The notes under the pieces were generated by a model. That model worked only from the letters and a program-made list of their open reading frames with translations, ran no database searches and had not been told where the DNA came from. Position numbers and translations under genes: made by a program. Positions 43,501 to 56,024 of a stretch of 64,000 nt of DNA are shown piece after piece; within the stretch, counting starts at the first letter, position 1, and every line of letters starts with the position of its first letter. This DNA comes from the human T2T-CHM13v2.0 reference genome, Homo sapiens, in assembly GCF_009914755.1 (NCBI RefSeq), contig NC_060926.1; one strand, given 5' to 3'.

Positions 43501-46114
43501 CAGGCTTTTGTCCCAGGGTGTGGTCTGGACTGAGCATTATTGTCCAAAAACTTGGGGATTTAAAGACGTGATGTTCTTGTGTGGGAGGCTTACCAGTGGG
43601 AGTCACTGTCTGGGTCGTCCAGGGTTGATCTGAGTCAAGTGGGGGCAAAGCTGGGGTTACAGCACGCCATTCGGTTTGGAACAAGATCACCAGTAGAAAA
43701 TGGGGAAATGAATAAAATTTCCCCCATATCTTGAGCAGAGAGGTCTTGTAGGAGCTATCCAGGCTAAGGCCTCGGCTCAGCTTTTATCCCAGTGGAGAGT
43801 CAAGGAAGATAGCGACGTGGACAGAAAGCTCTCACTACCTGGGTTTAGGACATACAGCTGGTAGGCACTTGGCCCCCAAGGCATATTCAGGAAACACCTG
43901 CTGGTATTATCTTGGCACCAAAACCAATTGGAGATACTAGTGCCCACAACAAGTGCCCAGTGCCTTGTGCATCTGCCAGCTTGCATAGTCTAGGCTGATG
44001 GGGCAGGCTAAGGGTAGATTGTAGGTTGAATGGGTTGTATGCTATGACTTCTAAGAGGCTAGGAATAATAATAAGTGATAAGTTCATAGTTCATGAAATT
44101 CTGATTAGCATCTTATAGGAGCTAGAAAAGCATTTACTGATTGCTTTCATTTTCTCCTTTTTAATTAAATTGTGTTTCCCTAGCATTTGCTGAATGTGTT
44201 TTTGTTGCAGGCATTCCAGGTGATCAGGGTTCAAAGATACAACAGGCAAAAGCTCTGAAAAACAAAACAAAGAACATTTTAAAATTGAAAACTTAAGAGT
44301 GGGAGTTGGAGACATAAAAAGAGAATATATCATGGCACAGTGCATGGAGCAAATGAAGAAATCACTTTATAGAAGAAAGAAGGGTTTAACTCGGGGGGGT
44401 GTGTGTGTCAGGGTAGTGGACAACTGTCAGAATGAGTCCTGGAGGAGACATCATATGAGCTGAGCAGAAGAGTGGCAGTGTCTGCACTGGATTTTGAAGT
44501 CAAAACAATGGTTGGATAGGCAAATGTTGCAGGGTGGAGAAAGGACATGAATCTAATGAAGGAGACCATCAAGCACGAAGGCTCAGGAACCCGGGAGCAA
44601 GAATGGAACTGAATGCAGCCTAATGTTGCTGTGAATTCAGGAGCAGGCTGGCAGGTACAGGAGGTAAACAGACACAGATGGGAGCCACTGAAGGGCAGGG
44701 CCCTGCTCAGACCTTTGTCCTAGGAAAAGAGTGCTAATGGCAGTGGGAAGTTCCCTTGAGCCTACAGGAGGTAGTTACAATATTGTGATTTAAATAGGAA
44801 GCCAACCGCAGATTTTCAAGATGAAAGCATCGTGAGCATGTGCCACTGAGACAGGTGTGCTTATAGCTTTCGAGGTTGAGAGCCTGTGATGAGGAAGACA
44901 GTGTGACCACCGTGGACAGTATCACAGGACGGTCTCCTCAGGACAGAACCCGAGCTGCCTCCTCGCACGTAGAAAGGGGGTGTCATGAGGCCAGGGTTGG
45001 CCGCATTCTGAGTTCTGGTAGAACCTACTCTGCACAGCCACAGCAGGCGCCTTGGCTCTCCCACCAATAATCATAAATGCATGGATCTAGCAAACTGACA
45101 CGCACCAACTACAACACATCCTTGAGCCCCATGCCCACGCTTTTAAAAGCAACTTGATGGAAATACCTTGCACATTCTAGAACTTGGTACTCATTACAAA
45201 ATTATGCCATGCCCTTGATCTTCAACTTCTCTGTGAGGTAGCCTGGGAGGGTTTTTCTTCCCATTTGGAAACGAGGCAGCTAAACTCCAGAGACCTCCAG
45301 ACAATAGACCACGTCCAGCCCTCTGGTGATAGAGGAGGATTTATTCCAACCCCCTGGCACTCCTTGCAGCTTCGTTGAACTACATTTTCACTGCCTTGGT
45401 GAGTGACCTGACCAGAGGGTTGTTCTATCTCCGTCCAGCCCCACAGCCCCCAGCTTCACCCCTTCACCCCAGTGATTCTACATTGACCACCCGGGGTGTC
45501 GAGAGGAAGAGGACCTGAGAAGAAGGCCACTTTGTGATGGAAGGTGTCCAATATCCCACTCTGTATTCCAGGAGAGGTTGGGTAAAGCGGGGGAGGATGG
45601 AGCCACCTGTCGCTTCCAGCACATGCTCTCTCTGTCCTCTTTGCAGCAGGTATGAGCTGCCTTGTTGCTGACAGTGTGTAATTGGATGGAGGACGCATCA
45701 TTTCTCCTCTTTCAAAAGATAGATCACTGTTCCCTTCCAGCTAAAATGGCTTCTGCTCCTCACTTAAAGAACAAAATTCACCAAACATGCTTCAAGACAT
45801 CAAAGCTCTTCATGCTTCTCTGAGGACATGCAATAATCAGGGCAGAGGTGACCTAACTCACGGCTGCTCTCTGTGGCTACTAGAACCCCTGGAGGGCGGA
45901 ACAGCCCTTCTGGGGAAGGAGCATTCAAAGGTTCCACGTAACCCTCCCCCTTTTTAATTGGGCAAATTACTGCAATTGTTTGGAAGCAATTAAGAGAAAA
46001 AGTGTCTCTTCAGCATATTCTAATATATAACTAGATGACAATGTCGCAGGTGAAAGGAGAGTGAAGGCTTGGTGCATCGTGATTGTCTGGAGGGACAAAG
46101 CGCACTTCAAGATT

Positions 46115-46812
46115 CAGTAGTGCCCCCTCACCCACAGTTTCACTTTCCAGGGTCTCAGTTACTCCTGCCCAAACACAGTCTGAAAATATTAAATGGAAAA
46201 TTCCAGAAGTTAAGAATTAATACGTGTTAAATTGCATGTTTTTCTGAGCATCGTGATGGAATCGTGACCCATCCCACTGTGTCCCACCTGGGATGTGGCT
46301 CCTCCCTTTGTCCAGTGGATCCACACTGTTTACACTGACTGTCATTTAGTAGCTGCCTGAGTATCAACTGTCACGGCACAGCACTTGTATTCAAGTCACC
46401 TTCATTTGACTTAATTTTGTGCCCCAAAGCACAAAAATGGCTATGCTTGTCATTGGGTATGTCAAAGAGAAGACTTGAAGTGCTTGCTTTAAGTGAAGAG
46501 GTGAAAGTTCTCAACTTAATTAGGAAAGAAAATATTGCTATGCTTTATGTTCAAAAAGAATCATCTATCTGTGAAAATGTGAAGAAAGAAGAAATTTATG
46601 CTGGGTTTTACTGTTGCACTTCAAACTGCGAAAGTTGTGGTCCCAGTGTGTGAAAAGTGCTTAGTTAAGGTGGGAGAGACATTACATTTGTAAGTGGCAG
46701 ACATGAACAGAAATGCATTCTTAATGGCAGCAGTGGGGTTTGGTATTGTCTGCAATTTCAGGAATCCTCTGGGGGTCTGGAAATGTATCTCCCTCAGATA
46801 AAGGGGGAGTGC
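46115..46812 (+). mobile_element. MER44 (Tigger7-derived) DNA transposon
   Basis: cagtagtgccccct start and cagataaagggggag end; ORF 46417-46653 MSKRRLEVLALSEEVKVLNLIRKE resembles a decayed Tigger transposase N-terminal HTH. Confidence 0.85.
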
Positions 46813-46856
46813 AACACTCATTGCAATATGTACCCCACTTAATTATGTGACATACT

Positions 46857-47199
<343 letters not shown>

Positions 47200-48878
47200 T
47201 CAGCCTTTTCTGGAAAGACTTACATCACTCTCAAATATTTAAGTACTCATAAAATAAAATGAGGGAAGACTAAAATCTCGTGTGTATTTCTTGATGTTTT
47301 TCAAGCTCTTGGTCTAGTGTTCTTAGATTTTGAGCTGAATGCCTAGAAGCTTTTCATTTCTTATATCTGCATCTATGCAAGAACAAAATATTCAGGCACA
47401 TGGCAACACTTTCAGCTTACTAACATGGAATGGTTTATTGCACATTGCTAGTGTGCTTAAACAGCCATCTATTTTTGCCAAGATATATAACTCTGAATGT
47501 GGCATTTAATTTATTATTTTTTTCTTTAACTGCTAAAATGCCAAGAAAAAAATGAAAGAAAGGAAGAGAGGAAGGGAGGAAGGAAGACAAGGAGGGAGAG
47601 AGAGGTAAGGAAGGAGAGAAAGTGAAAAAGAAACTTTTGACCAGTGCTGCTGGTCAAGAAATACAATATAAAAATGGAATTTGAAATGGAAAGCCATAAA
47701 TTATAAATGCTTACTGTATGCTTTTAAAGCTTTGCCCCAGATTTACCATGAAGATACGTGGTGAAGATTTTTAAGAAATAAATTCTATGTGGAGGGCAGG
47801 AAGAGCACAGGCTGTGATGGGATCCTTTGGCCCCTGCCCAGCCCTGTGTCCTGGAGCTGCCCTTCATCCCTCCTGCCTTCAGGAACTCAGCACCCCCCAT
47901 TCTGGAGAAGGGGTTACAGTCCAGTGGGAGCATCTTGAGCTCCTCACACCAGGGGCCAATGCCTGGCACGAGGCTCAGAGGCTGCCCCTCACCTCATGGG
48001 TGAGGCCGGCCCTGGGGCCAGCTGTCCTGCAGAGTACCCCCCATTATGCCAAAGTTAGACACCCCCTGTGCCCACATTTTCTGATGTTCTGCTTGGCCGC
48101 AGCACCTGCCCCGTCCTGTTTGTCTTGCTGACTTTTTCCTGAGAGCTCTTCCCTCACTAGACATAGGAACAGAATGACCATTTTCAGATAAGGCCCTGCT
48201 GCTTACAAAATTATTAGAAGATATGACCCATCACACACATGCTTTAAAATGCATATGGATTAATCAGTCTCATCTCTTAGTGAATCTGCAAAGACCAAGG
48301 TGATTCCAACCCATTCCCCTTCTCTTTTCGTTTTCTACCTGCCTCCCCATTTAGAACCATGAATGTAGGGGCTTTGTGCCTCACCCTCTGGGTTGTCATT
48401 TCCATTCCTGGACATCTGCTATAAACTCCTCTTGTTCATTGCAGGATTATAGTAAAATTTGGATCCTGTGAGTACAATTATTCTTTTTCCCAAGTTTTGC
48501 TGAATACACAGTACACAAATGAATACTTCAGCTGAATAATTTCCTGCATTCTTCATTATATCACAACAAAAGATAAAATATATTGGAATAAAATTTTACA
48601 AAAATCACGTATTCAATCATTATTGGACTTTGCAATGGGCATTCAACACTAACAGCAATAGCAAATACGGAAGTTTGGGTGTGGAGTTGACCTTGTGACT
48701 TCTCTCCAGGGCAGCTTTAAGCCCTTCTGACAGTTGGATAATTGGCCCTTTTATTTTTAATGTCATTATCCTTTATCAAACAATCAGACAAAAGAAATTA
48801 TTCTTTAATCCAGTTTGTGTTAAACACAGTTTGCTGTACATCCTTCTCCTTCAAACCCTCTCTACCGCATTCAGAATT

Positions 48879-48888
48879 GTGGGTGTTT

Positions 48889-48919
<31 letters not shown>

Positions 48920-49043
48920 ACAGAGTCCTGCTGTGTCGCCCAGGCTGGAGTGCAGTGACGCCATCTCAGCTTACTGTTAGCTCAGCCTCCTGGGTTCAAG
49001 CAATTTTCCTGCCTCAGCCTCCGGAGCAGCTGGGATTACAGGC
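48879..49043 (-). mobile_element. 5'-truncated Alu (right arm) with (CA)n-converted tail
   Basis: Alu right arm at 48919-49043 directly abuts a (TG)n run; agaattgtg/agaatgtg flanks resemble a TSD. Confidence 0.85.
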
Positions 49044-49551
49044 AGAATGTGTTTTAATTACCCAGATTGAAGCATGAACCGTGACACTTGGATCAAATCT
49101 GGGGCCAGATTCTTTCCATTCTTCCATTGCAAGATTTACTTCTTCTTTCATTCTTTTCTTCTGTGCTTTACTTTATGAATCCTACTGTCTTCAGTGTTGA
49201 CTGTCTTAGTTCATCCTGCCAGAAGCAAGCTTTGTCTTTTTGAAGAAGTTTTATTAGAATGTCTACATACCTACCTACAGCCTTTTAGAAAATGAAGGGC
49301 GTGTGAAGCCTCCAGTGATGTTGCCTGTTTCTGCGCAGCCTTTTCCATCGCAAGGGCATACGTATACTCTGCTATTATACCAAACCAGACTGATGGACTG
49401 CCTTTCCTCGAACTTTTCTTGCTCTTATTTTGGCTCTCTCTCTTACATGTAATACATAATCCTTTCCCTCCTCGTATTTTAACATCAGCTCACTTGGGTG
49501 AGCTTAAACATCACCTTGTCCTAATGTCTGCAGCCACAAAGGATGTTGTGA

Positions 49552-49653
49552 CCATCTCTTTGGTCAGGCTGGTCTCGAACTCCTGACCTTGTGATTCGCC
49601 CACCTTGGCCTCCCAAAGTGCTGGGATTACAGGCGTGAGCCACCACGCCTGAC
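49552..49653 (-). mobile_element. Alu left-arm fragment without tail
   Basis: tggtcaggctggtctcgaactcctgacc...gagccaccacgcctgacc. Confidence 0.88.
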
Positions 49654-50369
49654 CAATTATCTCTCTCATAATCTTAACCCAAACTACAAGCATGTACTCA
49701 CACACTGAGTCCCACTGACTCTTCAGTATTGTATTTACTTAGGCATGTGTCTCTCCTTATTTAAGTATTAACTTTCTGGGGACATATTTTTACTTCATCT
49801 GATCCCTCAATTATAGCATAATTCCCACACACTAAAAGTACAATTAATGTTTTCATATTTATGGATCCTAAACCTAAAACTGCTTTGTGAGAGATTTTAG
49901 TAGGATATTTGCATTAGTTAGGTTTTTGTGCCTAACACCCTATCCCAAAACTTAGTGGCTGCATAACTTAAAAATAAACAATCAAAGAGACGTTAAGTGC
50001 TTGGTCTGGGACCACAATAATGAGTCCCCGCATCAAGCTCCTGATGCTTATATTTCTTTGCCAAACTTTTTTCTAAAAATTAGTTGTTTAGACATCTTAT
50101 TATTATTCCCACTCTCCTTTTACAAATAAAAATAATTAAGAGTTATCCTTTATGTAATATAAGTCCCCAAATAGGTAGGGGCAGTCTCCATGCCCAGAAA
50201 CAGGCTTTATTTTTTTTTAATCCTTTCTCTTCATCTCTTAGCTAGAAGCTTTTGCCTTCTTCTTGGTGTATTAGATTCTTTTGTTAAATAAGACTCTTGA
50301 GAGATAATTATTACAGCCTCCAACCAGACTTCTGGGTTTACTATTTTCTACATATAAGACGGGGAAAAT

Positions 50370-50525
50370 TAAAACTTTTGCTTCTGATTCATTGCCTGTA
50401 AAATAAAGATAGTTATAATACTTGCCTTATAGGGTTATTTTAAATATAAATGAGTTATTACATGTAAAGTGTTTCAAGTAGTGCCTGGCACATAGAGAGC
50501 CTTCAATAAGGGTCAGCTATTACTG
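50370..50525 (+). mobile_element. MIR
   Basis: ctgtaaaat...ataatacttgccttatagggttatt...gtgcctggcacatag. Confidence 0.8.
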
Positions 50526-50989
50526 TTATTACTACTACTATAATAGTAGTAATAGTATTACAACTGCAACTGCTATTACTACTACTACTACATTTGCTAC
50601 TTACAACTGTATTTATTACCTTCTAAATACAGAAACATAATAGCACATAAAATGTGAACATTCACATTTTAAATTATCTTATATTTTTCATCATATTAAT
50701 ATTTTAAAATGTAGATAATTGATTACTAAGGATGAAACATTTTTCTCTCATATCCTTACCAGATGGTTTTGAAGAAAACAGAGGCCGTAGAGGTGGTTCA
50801 TTTGATCATAGCTCAGAAAAGATGGGTTTTGTAATTCTACAGCTGAGGTTCAAATCCCAGTTTGATATCTACAGGCCAGGTTAGCTTCTCTCTCTGTAGG
50901 AGTCTTGCTTGTAAAACTGGGTTAAGAAGAAATTTAGGTGAAACAGTGGACATATAAAGTGTCAGGCATAGGGTAGTTATCCAATTAAT

Positions 50990-51215
50990 CACACCTACAC
51001 AGAGCACGTGCTCTCCCTCTCCTTCTCTCTGCCCTTGAATATGTGCACATATCAAGATGGTAGCTGCCAGGACAAGAGGGGAGGCCTCAACATCAATCTT
51101 GCCTGACTTCCACCTTGATCTTGGACTTCCCAGTTTCTTGAACTGTGAGAAATAAATGTTTGTTGTTTAAGCCTCCCAATCTATGGTATTTTATTATAGC
51201 ATTCCACCAATACAC
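50990..51215 (+). mobile_element. MLT1A-like LTR 3' part
   Basis: caccttgatcttggacttcccag...gaactgtgagaaataaatgtttgttgtttaagcc. Confidence 0.75.
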
Positions 51216-52310
51216 AGAGACAATGCTAAAACAAGGGTCTTTATGGATGTGTACACTATTTATTCTATCTTGGAGGATACACACCTGGAAGACCGGTTGA
51301 ATCAGAAGGTATTTCTATATCAATGATTTTTCCCCTGGAGAAGGTTGACCAGCAGGCACGTTACACGTCATACAGGACTTTCTCTTTCCCCGCATCTTTG
51401 TCTCCACTGATTACAGATCCACAATCTCTCACTCAAAATTAAGAAACCCTAAAAATTCTGAGCTCACAGAAATTTTTATGATTCATGTGGTCAGCAAAAC
51501 CTGAACTGAATTTTTGTGAGATAAGTTATATCTTTGACTTGTCTCACTTACGAATATGAGAAATATTAATGTGTTTGATGAAAGGATGTACCCTAGACAC
51601 TGCTGAATATGTTATATAATATTGTACGAGTACTCTATTTTCTTTCTAAAATTCAGAAATTCTGAGTTGCAAAAGACAAACAATTTATTACAGACAATTA
51701 GACAATTTTAGAAAAAGGACGGTAGTCCCCTCTGATGGTGAAAGCAATAGCCCTCAAAAAAAAAACTTCTTTTGTTTTCCTCCTTACTATTACTGAAGAT
51801 ATATTTCGTACGTTTATCTTTCAATTCTGTTTTGTCTTATTTTTCCCTGTGAATTGCATGCTCATATACTTATTTCATTTTCTTCTCCTGCCATTGTATT
51901 TTCTTGTTGATTGTTACATATTAATTGTAGTGAAAGAGAGAATATTTTACGGAAGTCCCACTTTTATCACAGATTTGAAAATCTAGATGTCTTTTGGTCA
52001 GTTACATCTTTTCTGAGTAAAAATACTATCTTTCATTGCTACACATTTAAACATATGTGATCTCAGGAAATATCATAAATCTGGAATACACAATGATCTC
52101 CTATTATGATCATTTGACTCTGTGTACCTGTTCTCTTTCCAGATGAAATAACTTTAGAATAATCTGGTCTTGACCTATAAATAAGTATTTTGAGAACTTG
52201 TTTGGAATTGAAATAAATCATTAGATTGATTTGGGAGTATTAATATTGCAAAATTGAAGCTTTCTATCCAGAGTATTGTGTGTCTCTCTTTTTAAAAAAA
52301 AAATATGGTA

Positions 52311-52383
52311 TTAGGTTGGTGCAAAAGTAATTCTGATTTTTGCCATAACTTTTAAATGGCAAAAACCACAATTCCAATCTTAA
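52311..52383 (+). mobile_element. MADE1 (Hsmar1 MITE), right TIR partly deleted
   Basis: ttaggttggtgcaaaagtaatt...tttttgccat...atggcaaaaaccacaatt. Confidence 0.9.
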
Positions 52384-52685
52384 CATGTCCCTCAAAATTT
52401 TATTTTGTTTTATTTCTATACCTCTGGTGCATTTTAATATTTATTATTATAGTTTTTAGTTTAGTTGCTATAATTGAAATATTTTTATTGTGTCTCCTTC
52501 ATGTTTATTGTTGTCATGTAGAAAGCTATTGATGGTTGCATGTTGCCTTAACAAGACAGTATATCAAATATCAAATTTTCTTATTAGTTTTAATAGGAAA
52601 TCTTACTAAGGAATCAAAAGAAAACTCCAATTTTTTCCCAACAGACAGTAGAATATCATCAGAATGTTATGTTTTTTATTTATAA

Positions 52686-53453
<768 letters not shown>

Positions 53454-53913
53454 CTATAGGTTTTAAGAAGACATTCTCTAACAAACAATTTTTAAAAGTT
53501 TGTTTTTTCTGGAATTTGTATTTGTAGCATTCTGAGAGACTGTACTGAATTTTACCAAATGGTCTTTTATTCTGTTTTTTTTTTTTTTCAAATGCATGTT
53601 TGTTTTTCTTTTTTTGCTGTTTTAATATAGAAATTTACATTAAACATACTTTCCTGGGGTAAACTCCAACTTGTCGTGATGTATTATATATTGTATGTAT
53701 TGCTAGGCATGATTGGCTAATACCTAGCAATGGATTTCTGTCTCTTATGTTCATAAGAAATATTATTCTGTATATAATTTTCTGTTCTGATGTCTTTTCG
53801 CAGATTTTTGTATTAAGGTTATTCTATCTCAAAAAAATGAGATGGAAAATGATCCTTCTTTATTTTTTGAAAGAATATTGTATAGACTGTTATTATACCC
53901 TCATTAAAAGTTG

Positions 53914-53993
53914 TTAGGCTGATGCAAAGGTAATGACGGTTTTTGCCATTACTTTCAATGGCAAGAACTGCAGTTACTTTTGTACCAACCTAA
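53914..53993 (+). mobile_element. MADE1 (Hsmar1 MITE), full 80 bp
   Basis: ttaggctgatgcaaaggtaat...ttacttttgtaccaacctaa, an imperfect palindrome. Confidence 0.92.
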
Positions 53994-54218
53994 TAGAAAT
54001 TACTGGTGAAGCCCACTATGCTAAAGTGGTTTTTGTGGGAAGAGTTTCAATTGCTCATTGCATCATTTTAATAGATGTGGATATTTCTAAATTTTCTATG
54101 TCTTCTTGGGTCATTTTTTTGGTAAGTCATGCTTTACAAATACTTTGTCCATTTAATGAGATAAAGTAGCATATATTTAGCCCCCTCATCGCCATTATAA
54201 TGTAAGTAGGACCTAGGG

Positions 54219-54437
54219 CAACGGTTCTGTAGAAGGATGCTATTTTGCTCAGGGGGACATTTGACAACATCTGGAGACATTTTTGATTGTCACAACTGGG
54301 GGTGCTATTGCTATATCTACTGGGCAGAGGCCAAGGATGCTAATAACCATCCCACCAAGCACTGGACAGCACGTGCCCCCCACCCCCACAAAGAATCACC
54401 CACCCAGAATGGCAATGAATCAAGGTGAGGAACTCTG
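54219..54437 (+). mobile_element. MER20 (hAT-Charlie)
   Basis: ggggacatttgacaacatctggagacatttttgattgtcacaactgggg...gaggccaaggatgcta. Confidence 0.88.
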
Positions 54438-54679
54438 CTGGAGCAATGACCCTTGTTCATTTTTCACATTGGCAATGGATATTTTCTCTTTTTCTCCTCA
54501 TTTAGCCTTACTAGAGATTTATCCATTTTTTAACATTTTCAAAGAACAAATAATTGGTTTGCTGATTTTCCTCTTGCCTTCCATTGCATTGATTTGTATG
54601 CTACAGTTAGGTTATTACCCTAATTCTATTTAATTTAGGTTTAATCTGTTCTCTTTTTTAGCTTATGGAAATATAAATT

Positions 54680-55340
54680 TATTTTTTTTTATCAACAGAA
54701 ACATCTATATATACCATGTGTGATATGTTGTTTTAAATATGTATACATCATAGAATGGTTAAATTGAGCTAATTAACATATGCATTACTTCATGTACTTA
54801 TCACTTTTGTGGTGAGAACACTCAAAATCTACTCTCTTAGCAAATTTACAAAAACACAATACATCATTATTAACTATCGTCACCATCTTGTACAATAGGT
54901 CTCTTGAACTTATTCCTTGTAACTGAAATTTTGTATTTTTTGACCAACATCTCCCCAGTGCCCTTTCCCGCAGCCCCTGGCAACTGCTGCCATTCTACCC
55001 TCTGCTTCTATGATTTCAACTTGTTTAGAGCCCACATATGAGTGAGATCAGGTGGTATTTGTCTTTCTCTGCCTGATTTCACTTAGCATAAAGTCCTCTA
55101 GGTTCATCCATATTGTTGCAAATGACAGGACTTCTTTCTTGTTTAAGGTTGAATAGGATTCCATTGTGTCTCTATAACAGATTTTCTTTATTTGTTCATC
55201 TATTGGAAAACACTTAGGTTGATTTCATGTCTTAACTCTTGTGAGGAGTGCTGCAATGAACATGGAAATGCAGCTCTCTCATTGACATAGTGATTTCATT
55301 TCCTTTGGATATACACCTAGTAGTGAGATTGCTGAATTGC
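54680..55340 (-). mobile_element. L1MA7/8-like 3' end
   Basis: gagctaattaacatatgcattac...gtggtgagaacactcaaaatctactctcttagc. Confidence 0.85.
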
Positions 55341-56024
55341 AATGTATGTTTAAACCATTGACTATTGAACTTGTATTTCTTCTAAAATGAACATTTAATA
55401 ATATATAGTTTGTGCTTAGAGCTTCTCTGAATTGCCCAGATTTTTATATATTCTAATCTTATAACTCAGTTGAAAATGGTTTTTAAAGTTAAAATTTCCA
55501 CTTTCACTCTCTTTTTAAAAAAAAAAACTTGGATAAATATATTATTTAGTATAATTTTCAATTTTATGTTACATAATTTTCAAATATTTGGAGGTTCACA
55601 TTCATTATTAAAAATTTTAATGTCTTTATGTCTTGATAACATTTTGTATAATTTTCCTTTTGGACATTTACTGAGACTACTGTACGGCCCAAACACATTC
55701 TCAAAGTATACCTTTGAGAATGTTCATGTGCACTTGGAAAGAATGTGTATTCTGAAATTTAGTGAAATATCCTGTGAGTATCAATTAGAACAATTTGGTT
55801 GGCAAAATTTTTAATTTTTTAAATATTTTTATTTTTTGTGTACTTCTTTTTTTCAATTACAGAGAAATTAAAATCTCCAAATGTCAATGTATGTTTTCTA
55901 TATTTCTCTTTTCAGTTTGATTAAGTTTTGCCTTTTTATTTTGAAGCTCTCTCATGAATGAATGAATACTTATCATTTCTTTCCCTTTCTTTATTATGAA
56001 ATGTGTCTTTTTTTTATCAGTTAG

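Noticed and set aside
47637-47657. 8-bp hairpin ttgaccag-N5-ctggtcaa
   Set aside because: Too short to exceed chance in 64 kb, and not a terminator in a eukaryotic context.
48425-48473. Putative 23-nt micro-exon (ttgcag|...|gtgagt)
   Set aside because: Length not a multiple of three, no supporting context, and such motif pairs occur by chance.
51415-51730. Possible ancient Tigger-like DNA transposon
   Set aside because: Only the tacagatccacaatc start is suggestive; too degenerate to call.
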